Below are positions 1-11,977 of a stretch of DNA of 64,000 nt, piece after piece. The notes under the pieces are model-generated. The model worked only from the letters and a program-made list of their open reading frames with translations. It had not been told where the DNA came from and made no database searches. Position numbers and translations under genes: made by a program. Position 1 is the stretch's first letter, and each line of letters begins with the position of its first letter. This DNA is from Phoronis australis. Its lineage: Eukaryota; Animalia; Phoronida. The stretch is from contig NMRA01000101.1 in assembly GCA_002633005.1 (NCBI GenBank), forward strand, positions 186,001 to 250,000, written 5' to 3'.

Positions 1-3000
1 GCCAGGTAGTGAACGGAGTACATGAGTCGAGTAGGAGCTTAGACAATGGGTAAGTGGTTCATATACGCTTAACTTATGCATTGTGCATGGCATTATCTTT
101 AGATGTTTTAGATAATCGTGCGTCTTTGAAACACACACGATTCCTTTAGTGGGCGATAATGCGAAGTAGTCTCAGGGTTAGTTATATCATAGAGACACAG
201 TAACGTCTGTCACTCTGCAAGCCCAGTCTATCCACGCCTTAGAATGACAAGTGCACTCTTAGACTGTAGTGAAGTACGAGTGTGTACGCTTTATCTTATA
301 TGAAAAAGGAGGCTCCCTAATTTTCGATATCGACAACTATATAATGTGTGCTTTGCATAAAACGTAAGCTGTTCTAGCCGTTCTCGTATCCACACCAAGA
401 AGCGACCAAGCCAGATAAAGTATTGTACCGGTGCATTATAACAACACTCATTCTAGGGCTTCCTCCGCTATATTCAGAATAATACACTAAACGAGTTCTT
501 GCCCGCATTTTGTGCTGCTGAAAAGTCCGAGCTAATGATGATCGCAAGCGTATGATACAGGAGTAATGTCTCTGAACTAGCGGCTGCGAGAGAGATTACT
601 AAAACTGCCGTCTGATAAATACAGTTGTCGTCATCATTGTTTCACACAGTACTGCGGATTGATAAACGGATAGTGAGATTTCAATTAGCATAACATAGAA
701 TAAAGCATAATAATTCGCTGGTAAATATCCATATTTTAATAGCTAATACACCTAAACAGCTGTAAAGCAAGTAGTTTGTAAGCACTGCATTATTAAAAAC
801 CCGCATTAAATAAGGACTCACTTACAAGGAGGTTCCCTGAAAACGTTGCTCTTGAGTGAAGACGCTTCCCCAAAAAATCTTTGTAAAGGATTAACGCCTA
901 TAGTACCGTGTGGTATAGTGTTGAACTAAAATTTAACATTTAACTGACAACAAATTGGATTGTAATGTTTTACATCGTCTAGGCTACTTAGAATACGAAG
1001 TTCTTGTTGCAAAGTGGCGCCTTTCGTTGGCAACTGATCGGTGAATGGGGGCAGGTTCTGGAATCACTAAAGAATTAAGATGTATATTGGGGTTCAATGT
1101 GTTCCATCTGATATAGAGTTCGTGTAATCTGCCGTAAGTGCTATCACGCCTGGCTAACGTCTACTTATGTGAGCTAAACGTGACACGAAAGCCATAGAAA
1201 TTTACTCCGCTTCATGTGTGAATTTGTTGGTTATTGAAGAACACACCACTGGATTGTAAAGTTGGGGTACGAGAATGGTAACCTTTTTTACATACACTTT
1301 GATGTTAATTTCGTACTTTCTTCAGGAAAGATTATTTACAAGAGCGGAATTGTTGGTAAGGGTGTTTAGTTTAATAGCATTTGATTATTTTTTACTACAT
1401 ATTTTTCATGAAGCTTATCTCAGTGTTCATTTTTGTGTCATCCAATCGCGTTTTCTATTTCCGCGCACTTCTTTATGTGCTGATGTCTTCGATGACGTCA
1501 CTACCGCCTGTAGAAGTTATTCCATCCTCGTCCGTGGAAAGTGATCGATCAGAGAAATCAAAGCTAGTTGAGCATTAAACTACACGGGCTTAATGTTCAC
1601 CACTTACGCTTATTTATCAAATATCTTAGCGTCTACTGGCAAAGCGGTTTGTCTGAATAGCTGAAAATATTTAGACAAAATTACAGAACAGGTCAGTATG
1701 GTTCTATGGTTTGAAATTTCACGTCAAATTTCACTTCTTCGACGGTTTCGCTTGTGTTTGTACGATTATGCAATGCTGAATCAGGAATACCGTAATAAGG
1801 AACTGAAACTGTTAGAAAAATAATGGTTTTGATGACCATATTGTTGCTCTAGCCATCACCACTTGTTCTGAGATCATTCACATTTCTGAATGTTGTTACA
1901 AGAAGTGAGTTAATGAGGTACGATAACAATCCGAGTCGAACTAATTTACTGTGTCAACTATAGTTGCTGCCATTGAAACATTATATGGAAGACGGCATAT
2001 TCAACAAACTACAAAGGTTTCTCAACCAAACAAACCATTGTTGTCCGAATGTGGTTAACACTCAGCAGGCCAAACTAGACGACGAGACGTGAGAAACTAA
2101 CAATCATGCAAGTCTTCTCGAGATATCGCCATGGAGTAAAAGTTAGTAACATCGTCCTATTAACTTTTCTGTCGAGTGTCTTGACATATTTAGCATATTT
2201 AGGTCATAGTTTGCATCTTCTAATATCATTCTGCTATTGTTCTCTCTTTATTGGGGAAACACCGCTCACAAGATTGACTATTTAATTATTTCAATTAATG
2301 ACAACCATCGTTGGACATTAATACATTACGGCTCTTATATAGGAAGCCGACGTTGGCAGGGACGTCACGCCAACTCAGCTATCGTCTCGGGTCGGTGGGT
2401 ATTTCTACCACTCAGGCATCCTAAGCGGGTATTTTGGCTGTGCGATACATGTGGTGGTAAATGATACGGAGTGGCGACGGAAGGGGTGGAGGCGGGGGTG
2501 TGGCAAACATGTTTCGGGTAGGATTTAACATCACTTGATATTGTCGCCAACACTTGTTTACCCAGTTTCTTTGGAGTGAGTGGCGGCAATCTTCCGTCCT
2601 TTATTTGGAAGGTAACCCTCCGGGGTGAATATGAGGAATCAATCATGGCTTTCGTGGATCGAGGATTTACATTTATATATATATATGCACATATACACAT
2701 ATACATATACTTGGATATAGATATGGTATGTAAATGTAGATATGTATAGACATAGATATACAGAGGCACATAGAACGCGCCATTAGAATTTTTGAATTTT
2801 CGTGGACTTCTTTGGCTTACCAACTCAAGACGTCACATAAGTGATATAGCAACCACTAACTCCTCCTATAGGAGAGCCCTGGCAGAGTTATGTTTTGACG
2901 GTGCAGACAGAAGCAGAATGCAAGATAACTACCGGTATGATAACAACAGCAAGAACCCGATGGAGTAAATATTTCAGTTCGCTCTCACGAATAAAATTGG

Positions 3001-6000
3001 GACGACTATCCCCCTGAGCCACCAGATGAGCATAACACATCCCTCTATGTTCAGTGCCAGGTACGCTAACTACTCAACTGCGTTTCCTGGCCTGACGTCA
3101 TGCCTCTACTAGCTGTCCACTTAGTCGTTAGTTTCACTTGAAAGCTAATACACATGGCATTCGCTAAGACTGATTCACAAATAATAGCTCCATTCCAAGT
3201 AATCATGATTCCGGCAATAGGTTTTCTCGTCTCATCTCTGTAGACGTGTTCCCAACGGGAATATATAGACATTTCAAGATTGAGTTAATTTACGTAATTT
3301 GTTTATTCTCAACGAGGTTGGCCTCGTGATGTCGCACTGAGCAGTGAATGACATTAACCCCTAGCTAGTGACATTATCGTAAACCAGTGAGATCCTGTAA
3401 CTTGTCATCGTTTGGGGCCAGAACAGATTGTCGCCTACTCAGGGATTTCTGGTAGACGTCTTCCATTTTGCAACAGAAATTCCAGAGGTAAGACATCCAC
3501 CTAATATCAAATTCCCTGAAAATTCTAGTTCACATCAACAGGATGAGATAGACACCCGTCGTTCAATGGTCAAAGGAAAAAACGAAAAAGATTTCAAAAC
3601 TCTTGTAGAATGTTAATTTAAGTATCGCTGTTTCGTATTGTGCTTTTGCTGTGACTACTCAGGGTACATAAAATAACTGCATCCAACGTATCCTCTGACC
3701 AAGAGAATTGTATTGTTTCTGAACAATGTTTTAAGAATGAAAACTCTTCACGAAGAGCCTGTTTCGTTAAATATAAGTGTGCGCATCTCATGTCGTTGCC
3801 ATTCAAAACATCCAGTGTCCACGACTATTGCTGGATGAGCGCGCCAGTTCTAGCCAACAAGCTTTCTCCTCACCATGCTTCTGACAGAGTTCACGTTCTA
3901 AATACGTATGCAATATGCTTTGATGTAAAATTTTGCTTATTTTGAAAGACACTGTATTATTATACTCGCGATATCACTTAAATGACGATCATTACTACTA
4001 GTGAAACGCAACTACGACTTATTAAAAATGCCGTTTGCTTTAAACTGCATCATAAAATGTTTGGCACAGTTTCCGGAAATACGCCCGGGTATATTCGGTT
4101 TTACTTGACGTTTTTGAAAGGGCGTTTTCCGAATATCCGCCCATGAGTTCAGAAATTCCCTATACACATTTTTGGAAACGCGAGCATTAGTGTCCTCGGA
4201 GTCCTAGAATCGTGACTGAAAATAATTCCCTCAAGGATCTCAGTGCAACTAATGTAGTAGAGAACATTCTGATGTAAATAAACAGGGTCAGCGACATAAA
4301 GGGTCTTTTTCTTATTTACCTTTCACTACGTTTAGTGAAAAGTTTCATGCTCACGTTAGTATTTCGTCCCGCGCATTCAACTGGGTCAGATGTATAAAAT
4401 ACGTTAGTTTTCGTGCACACTGAAATCATCAAAGTTGTGTTTTAGAGACCAATCTACAGTAATTTAGTCCTATTTGAATACTTTTTGACGAATCTGAGAG
4501 ATTTGGTGTTGAAATTGTCTTTGGAAATCACTTTGGTCGGGTGATACTATCGTTTTCAAAACAAATACTTCAATTCAGCTTTCAATTTACAAGGAACATC
4601 AAATATTCTTTGAGAATTGAAAACGTTGTTATTTACTTTCAAATGTTTGTTACCAATTTACATTTTTACAGAAAGCATGGGTTTGTCACGCATTTAACAC
4701 TAAAGACGTCAAACCAGATTCAGCAGTTTTACATTGGTCTCTTTTGCTGGCGTCAGGAGAGCAATCCCGAACTGAGAGGAACCGAAATGTTACGCTTTGC
4801 CATTTCAAGATATGGTTTAAATCAACATCTCATCATTGCAATAGTACATTCGCGTATGAGTACATCGCCTAATTATCGTTCTTGTTTATCTGTCATCGCA
4901 TGGCTTATTATCCAACTCCGTACCCGTGTTATGTTTCACGTTGCTGAATTTTCCATCGTAAGTGGAAACATGCAATGGTCTAATGTCCTTGTTCCTGCAA
5001 CAACGATTTCCGGTTAATCTGCACTTTCCAAGGCGAACATAAGGCGTGTCATAAGCGCAGATACCACTCGGGGTTGATCGGGACCTGTTGTGTTTGTTGT
5101 TGCCGTCATCTAAAGCGTTTACACAGTGTCAGTATACGGGTGACATGTATTGTTAAAATGTAATATCTGATTACAGATCTTTATCTGTTCTAGGCGTTTT
5201 TCCTTTCTTAAGCGAGGGGTCACCATACAAACGCGCTGCCTCAAAATAAGGTAAGGGTTTACTATTTTTCAGCTGTGTGTTGTTCACAAACAATTGAGAA
5301 GGCGTTGTTCAACAATAGTAATCCCGCGTAATAATGCTTATATTCGTGTCCGGGTGGAATAGATGGCAATTGGCACTTTCAATCAATTGACATGGGTATG
5401 TACTACAAGTAAGTTTATTTCTAATAACAACGACTGAAATTGAATCCTGTTTAATACTAACTGAAAACTAAATATGCAAATAAAAGTCAACAAACAGTTA
5501 TTAAGAATTTCCTACTGAATAAGCTCGTGCTTAAATTGTGTTCATTTTTTCAATTTCTTTCTTAATGAGGGTGCAGTTACTTTGTTGATCAGTTTATATA
5601 CACGTTGTACAGGGCGTGGGAGAAAAGTAGCTAGGTGCTCAATTTCATTAATCTGGGAATTTTTTATTTTACATGTTGTGGAAAGGGTAATGGTATGTGT
5701 GCGTGCGTGTGTGTATGTGTGTGTCATATTTGTGGTAATATGATGACATTTTCGTCATGGCCGGTCGCGTTATTGTTTGGAAGCGAGCTATAAAGGGTGG
5801 TATTCCCGTGGCCATAAGCCATAAGCTTTGCTTGACAACTTCTTATAGTATCCAGACGGAGTGTTACATGGCCTGCTTGCATGTTCGCCTAAACCTCTGA
5901 AATTGAACAATGCAATTCCCCACTTCATAGAGTGATGCTATCTTACCTCGCTCCTGAACACTCAAGCGACCGGCCTTTTTGGAAAATGTTACCATGAGAT

Positions 6001-6513
6001 TATGAATATCACGAATACCATTATCACAATTTGCCAAGTAAGTGATGTCCGATTAAAGACTGTTTTCGTCATAACTTCAGTCGTAATGAAACTACTATAA
6101 ACAAGTATTAATGCCTACATACTAATCATCCACCATAATAACAGTATTTTGTAATAATGCTAACATTCATTATGTAATATTGCAGTTTGTGCCCAAAATT
6201 TTCTCTAAACCTGCGTACGAGGTTGGGTGTTGAAACCCTAGTAATTATTGTACGCTTTGACGAACAATGTTCGACTAACCTACCTACCTGCACTGGACTG
6301 ATCATGGACAAATATAACGCGAGGTTTTTGTAAGACTCAACACAGCTCACCCGTGATGCTAAAAATGCGTAAGGGGATTCGACATAGTTTAATTTATCGT
6401 TGAATTTTTCAAAAAATTCATATTCTGCAAGGAGGTTGTTGTGGGGGGCACCGAATAAATCTTTCTTAACTATTTTTTTCTAGTTTCCTGGTTTTCTTAA
6501 GTCGGCGTAAGTT

Positions 6514-8045
6514 TTTTTTTATTTTTTTTATTTTGCTCTAGCATGATAATTACAAGTCAAATCAAACAATATACTATACATCGTTTACAAAAAATAACAT
6601 TAAATCATTACTCAACAAGTACCGTATTTCCTTCAGGATGTAATTTAATAAAGTTTATGAACAATTGGAAATTAAGATTTTTTTTAACAAACTTTTGGCT
6701 AAATATGTAATTTTTTGCTAGCATGATCAGCAAATTAATATTACAATTTTCCGACTGAATGTTTCCCAAAAAACCAAAAAACACTGCTATCTTGTCCACA
6801 TGAAAATTTACATGATATGTTTGTTTTAACCAGTCAGTAAACAGGAGCCAGAAAACGGAGACAAGACGACATTCCCAAAACAGATGGAGAAAAGTTTCAC
6901 TGTGTTCACCACAGAAAGAGCATAAATCACTTGTTTTTATTTTAATTTTATGTAAATAACTATTAGTTGGCAATATTCTGTGAATTAAGCGGTATTGAAA
7001 CCAACGCAATTTTGTATCTTTTGTACAATTGAAGGGGAGTTTATTTACTTTTCTCCACCATGAATCAGAGTCACTAAAATTTACATTATTTATAACACCG
7101 TTTATATCTATCTCAGATGACCACTTGTTTTTATACTTACAAGCTGTCTGAAGTGACTGTACTAAGGTGTCATAAATATTTACCGCTTGTGATTTATTAT
7201 GTAAAATTTTATACATATAATTTGGAAAATTTGGNNNNNNNNNNNNNNNNNNNNNNNNNNNNNNNNNNNNNNNNNNNNNNNNNNNNNNNNNNNNNNNNNN
7301 NNNNNNNNNNNNNNNNNNNNNNNNNNNNNNNNNNNNNNNNNNNNNNNNNNNNNNNNNNNNNNNNNNNNNNNNNNNNNNNNNNNNNNNNNNNNNNNNNNNN
7401 NNNNNNNNNNNNNNNNNNNNNNNNNNNNNNNNNNNNNNNNNNNNNNNNNNNNNNNNNNNNNNNNNNNNNNNNNNNNNNNNNNNNNNNNNNNNNNNNNNNN
7501 NNNNNNNNNNNNNNNNNNNNNNNNNNNNNNNNNNNNNNNNNNNNNNNNNNNNNNNNNNNNNNNNNNNNNNNNNNNNNNNNNNNNNNNNNNNNNNNNNNNN
7601 NNNNNNNNNNNNNNNNNNNNNNNNNNNNNNNNNNNNNNNNNNNNNNNNNNNNNNNNNNNNNNNNNNNNNNNNNNNNNNNNNNNNNNNNNNNNNNNNNNNN
7701 NNNNNNNNNNNNNNNNNNNNNNNNNNNNGTCTAAAAATTGAATTACATCATATAAAATTCTTATGTTTTCCCCAATATATCTGCCTTTCATGAAACCTTG
7801 TTGGTTCTCGTGAATAAGGGGTCCGAGGACGCCTTTTAGGCGTCTAGCAATACAACCAGACAAAAGTTTGTAAGTAATATTCAATAGTGAAATTGGACGC
7901 CAATTTTTTATTAATTCTCTTGGTTTATTTTCTTTTGGTATTACTGAGATAATACCCTGTTTTTGCGATGTAGATAATTCTCCTTTATTAATACCTTCTT
8001 CAAAAGATCGGAACAAGTAATATTTAAGGTCTGGCCAAAAAAATT
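6514..8045 (-). mobile_element. 5'-truncated L1/Tx1-clade non-LTR retrotransposon (RT and C-terminal zinc finger), spanning an assembly gap
   Basis: RT motifs KNWRPISLLNITYK...IHENQQGFMKGRYIGENIR (8045-7729); C-terminal CSFCGEHSETFLHLFWEC (7216-6608); A-rich tail near 6512-6534; TSD TCGGCGTAAGTT at 6502-6513 and 8046-8057. Confidence 0.92.
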
Positions 8046-11000
8046 TCGGCGTAAGTTAACTTGTCTTTTCTGGATTTTGAGTACCTTAAATTTTGCCACA
8101 TTGGCTTCTACGCAAAACGCTACACTGTTGTTTTATTGTAAAAACCATAACGTTTCCTATGAAATAAGAAATAAACTAATGTGTCATCAACTTAGTGTTT
8201 GAGCTATTTTATCTCAAATCGCGTCAAATAAGAATGTTGCGCCAATTTCAAAATCATGATTACTCTGCTATATTTCACTAGATGGCGTCATGTTATATTG
8301 TTGGGATTGTGAATTATGTTTAGTTGACGGCAATGATTTAAGACGCGAAGTTTTTACTTTTTAAAATACATTCAAATTAGCAATATCTACACTTGGGTTT
8401 GCCTATTGTTTAGTGTGACGTCATTGTCAAAGTTGATCTCTCGCGCTATTATTCAACGCCAAAATAACAAAAAGGCAACGTAAAATCAACATTATCAAGT
8501 TAAGTAATCTCTTATCTGTAATAAAAAATAACATATTCAAATACTTCGGCTTTTCGGCAAGTGCGTCACGTAATGTTATAGCGGGCAATTTTTTTAAATA
8601 CATTTATATTGTGCGCGCTTTTTATCATTCTGGTTAATTTCACACTTTTATGTGTTGGATGTTCTATCTCCGCAAAAACTTGTAAAGTTATCCAGTCAGC
8701 GCTCTCTGAAGGTCAATGTACTTGATCTTATGAAACTCGACAGTGACCGTGATGTTTAAAATAGCGTACAAAGGAATTTCAATAACCACGATAGTGTCGG
8801 GAACAGTATTACGTATACATTTATTTACGTGTCAATATTGTTATTAATAAGCGCAGATTTTTCTAAACACTGCGATTTGTTTAACAATCTCTTACTGTGT
8901 GTATGTAAACGTGAGCATGTACACCTGGGAAAAATGTGACATAAATGTCTCCTCGTGTCTGACCTCGATGTTTGGGTGCTGCGGAGCGCATATGTTTATC
9001 GGTTTCTACAAAAACAAGGCTCATGAAGTTGAGCCTTTCATATTTAAGTGAATAATGATTCACAATTAATATTATTTTTATTAGGTCACGTTTAAAGTAT
9101 TAGGTGTTTTCCCTTACCTTCGCTCACTACTAAGAGAATCAGCAGGTGAAATGTTTTCTTTTATGCGTCCCACGAAGTCAGCTATTTGAAAGGTAACCAG
9201 ATACTCTTTAGGGTAATGATCATCACTAATAGAATCCATCATTGAGTTCTGCTTGAGAATTATTTGTTGGGATTTATGAACTACCTTTTTACTTGTGACA
9301 TTTTCTGATTATATATCTGAAAACTGAGCCCTTATTTTCGTTATGGACTTTTTAGTTCTGAAATTAGGGGCCATGCATGAAAAAGTCCCTAATAGCTCAT
9401 TGCGTACAGTAACAATGAAGATAAAAGTGAAGAAAGTACTAACAGTGTAAAATGCACTGAAAATCCAAGGAACATGTTGGAGTCCCAATCTCGACTGCTC
9501 CCCTTTCCAATATCCATTTTAATTGAATACAAAACAATATAAACTGAAGAAAACAAAAAATGTCAAATAAGTGTTGGCTAACCGTTCTTTAGACCTTAGG
9601 TTCGGCGTTTGTGTGGCGTTTAGGGGTGCGGTATCGGGATTTTTATCGCGGCTGGTCTGTGCTTGTCCGGGAGTGGGTTTTAGAGGTCCGTAGATGTGAT
9701 TTTGATGCACGGCCATGGACCCGACCTGATCCAGTCAGTAGATGGTGTTCACCTCGACCCCATCTAATCGGCTTCGTGCAATCTGCCGGTTTTCTGACGG
9801 TATTCACTTAATGAATTTACTAACCTATCCGTTGTCCACTTCCACAATTTAAAAAATGGCAAAAGAGAATGCTAAAAAACACCGTTTGTTTTTCTTTTCT
9901 TTTTGTTATTATTCTGCATAAAGTGGAAGTCTCACACCTTCTTAGCGGTTCAGCTCCACAAGCAATTTTAGTACGAAGACAAATGTACAATATGCAGGAT
10001 ACGGTTTGTGTCATGGCTTCAGATTTAGCACGTAACACGTGCCAGTATACACTGAGAGAGACCTTGTAGATGTGTTGCTGTTTCTGAGACCGCCATCAAT
10101 GAGGCGTGTCTAGTTCGAAAGGGAGAACCAATCTTCGTTGTTAAGTTAGTGAACGAATCCTGAGTCAGATGGGATTGCAATCGACTAGTTTCTACTTGGA
10201 ACTACTGTGCCCAATACCTTGGAGGAGTCACATCTGGGCATGTGACTGTTGATGGATGCTGAAGTTATTGGGTAACAGCAGGAAGCAGTATGGTTGACTA
10301 ATTTAACTAAGCACGAAGTTATTCGCAGTCATTTGTAATCGTTAGAATGTGTACTTAGCGAATCTGGTTAAATTATTCCTATAATTGAATGTAAGCCTGT
10401 GCTATTGACTGTCAGTTTCCGCGGCTCATTAAGCAGAATGGTAATAATTCCTTCATCAAATATTTTTATTTAATCTCTAATTGGCAACTGGGATTCAAAG
10501 TTGTCGCTCTTCACCGAGTCGGTCGGAAGTTTTTGGTGTTCATATATCGGCACTAAATAAACCAAGTGTACACAATTGAACATCACGAAATAAATGTCTC
10601 GGGCAATTGTTATTGTCATTAGTTTTTCAGCGGCAACCTGTGTTGCAATTCAAGTTCCAACTAGTCATGTTCAATCAAACGTGATATTAGGTTTGACAAA
10701 AAGCACACCGATGTGTTGAACATTAAATACGATCAATGTTGTGGAACGTGAATCACAGAGACAACTTGCAGGTTACTCTTGTGAGGTTTCTCTCCAAAGA
10801 AGCAAACTGATCGTAACGTTGTGAATGTGAATGTGAATGTGGATTACATCTCTCTAACTAATCTAGTCAAACATTCATCCACAAATGTACTTTGTATAGC
10901 TCTTTATTGACACGACAGATTTACATTCACCTGCATGGTGAATTCAACGACCGTAGGTAATCTGTGACGGTAGCGCCACTACATATATCTTGACACATGC

Positions 11001-11874
11001 AATCTCTGACGATGCCCTATTAATAGTTGTCTTTCACGCTGTTCAGTTGGTTTAAAAACGAAAATTGAATTAAGTCTTTAACCCTCTTAATATCGGTTTC
11101 ATAATAATCATGGATCCATTTCCATTACCATCAGAACCTCGCAACCATCAGCGACTCAATAAAACACTTCACACTTTACTGAGGTTGGAGAACTCTATCT
11201 GCGAGTTCGAAAATGACACATGTTCGCATTGTTTTTAACTTGGTTGGTAACGGAAATAGAATTTTACAATGGTAAGGGATATTTTGAGGGCGATTTTATT
11301 AGAGTAAAATGCGTAATTCGATTTTTGTTTTTTAGCAAACTAAAATTGGCAAAATGTGGCTTGTTTAATACAGGGCAATATTTTTCAGTATCAAGCGGAG
11401 TCGTCATAACATCAAAGATCTTAATTCGGTAGCATTTGTGATTGCCAACTCCTCCGTGGGCGCTCCACTAGTAATTACTGCCATAAAACGTTGAAGCGAC
11501 CCATGTCAAATTCCTTTTGCACAATCAAACTGAATCCGAAAATTGATCCATGCAAACTAGGAACCAGTAAGTCTGGTAGCGTGTAATAAAGTATTGTTGC
11601 CTTACACTTGCCTCACGCTGTCATAGGTATGGCGCTATTGTTCAGGTTATAGTTATATGTCATGCCTCACTGATAAAGACTAAATTAAAGTTGAATTTAC
11701 GAACGTGCATTCTTTAAGTGTTCATTTCTTCGTGTAGAGGTGCATATCTCCTTTCGGACACCGAATGCTTGAGATGCAGATGACGAAATCTTTAACACGT
11801 ACTTCTTTGTTATTTTCAGGAGAGTTTGTTTATTTGTTGCTCACAACTGGACGTTTGTCATCTGACAATCTACC

Positions 11875-11977
11875 ATGAGTTCTTTCATGCGACGAGTGTG
11901 CTTGGTCGTGATATCCTGCTTGAGTCCCCTGTTTGTTGAAGTATGCCATGCTAAGCTCCCTGCTATCATTCAAATTG
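11875..11977 (+). CDS. GRIK2: iGluR first coding exon (signal peptide)
   Basis: [35 protein letters not shown]; accATG context; donor G|GTAAG; acceptor tattttcag ending at 11819 gives a UTR portion. Confidence 0.8.

Noticed and set aside
1471-1562. Minus-strand acidic peptide FDFSDRSLSTDEDGITSTGGSDVIEDIST* as a terminal exon
   Set aside because: Weak acceptor and no partner exons found
2365-2823. 152-aa minus-strand ORF
   Set aside because: Crosses a TA-rich low-complexity tract; no recognisable domain or splice context
7117-7734. 205-aa plus-strand ORF
   Set aside because: Artefact of reading through an N gap, antisense to the LINE
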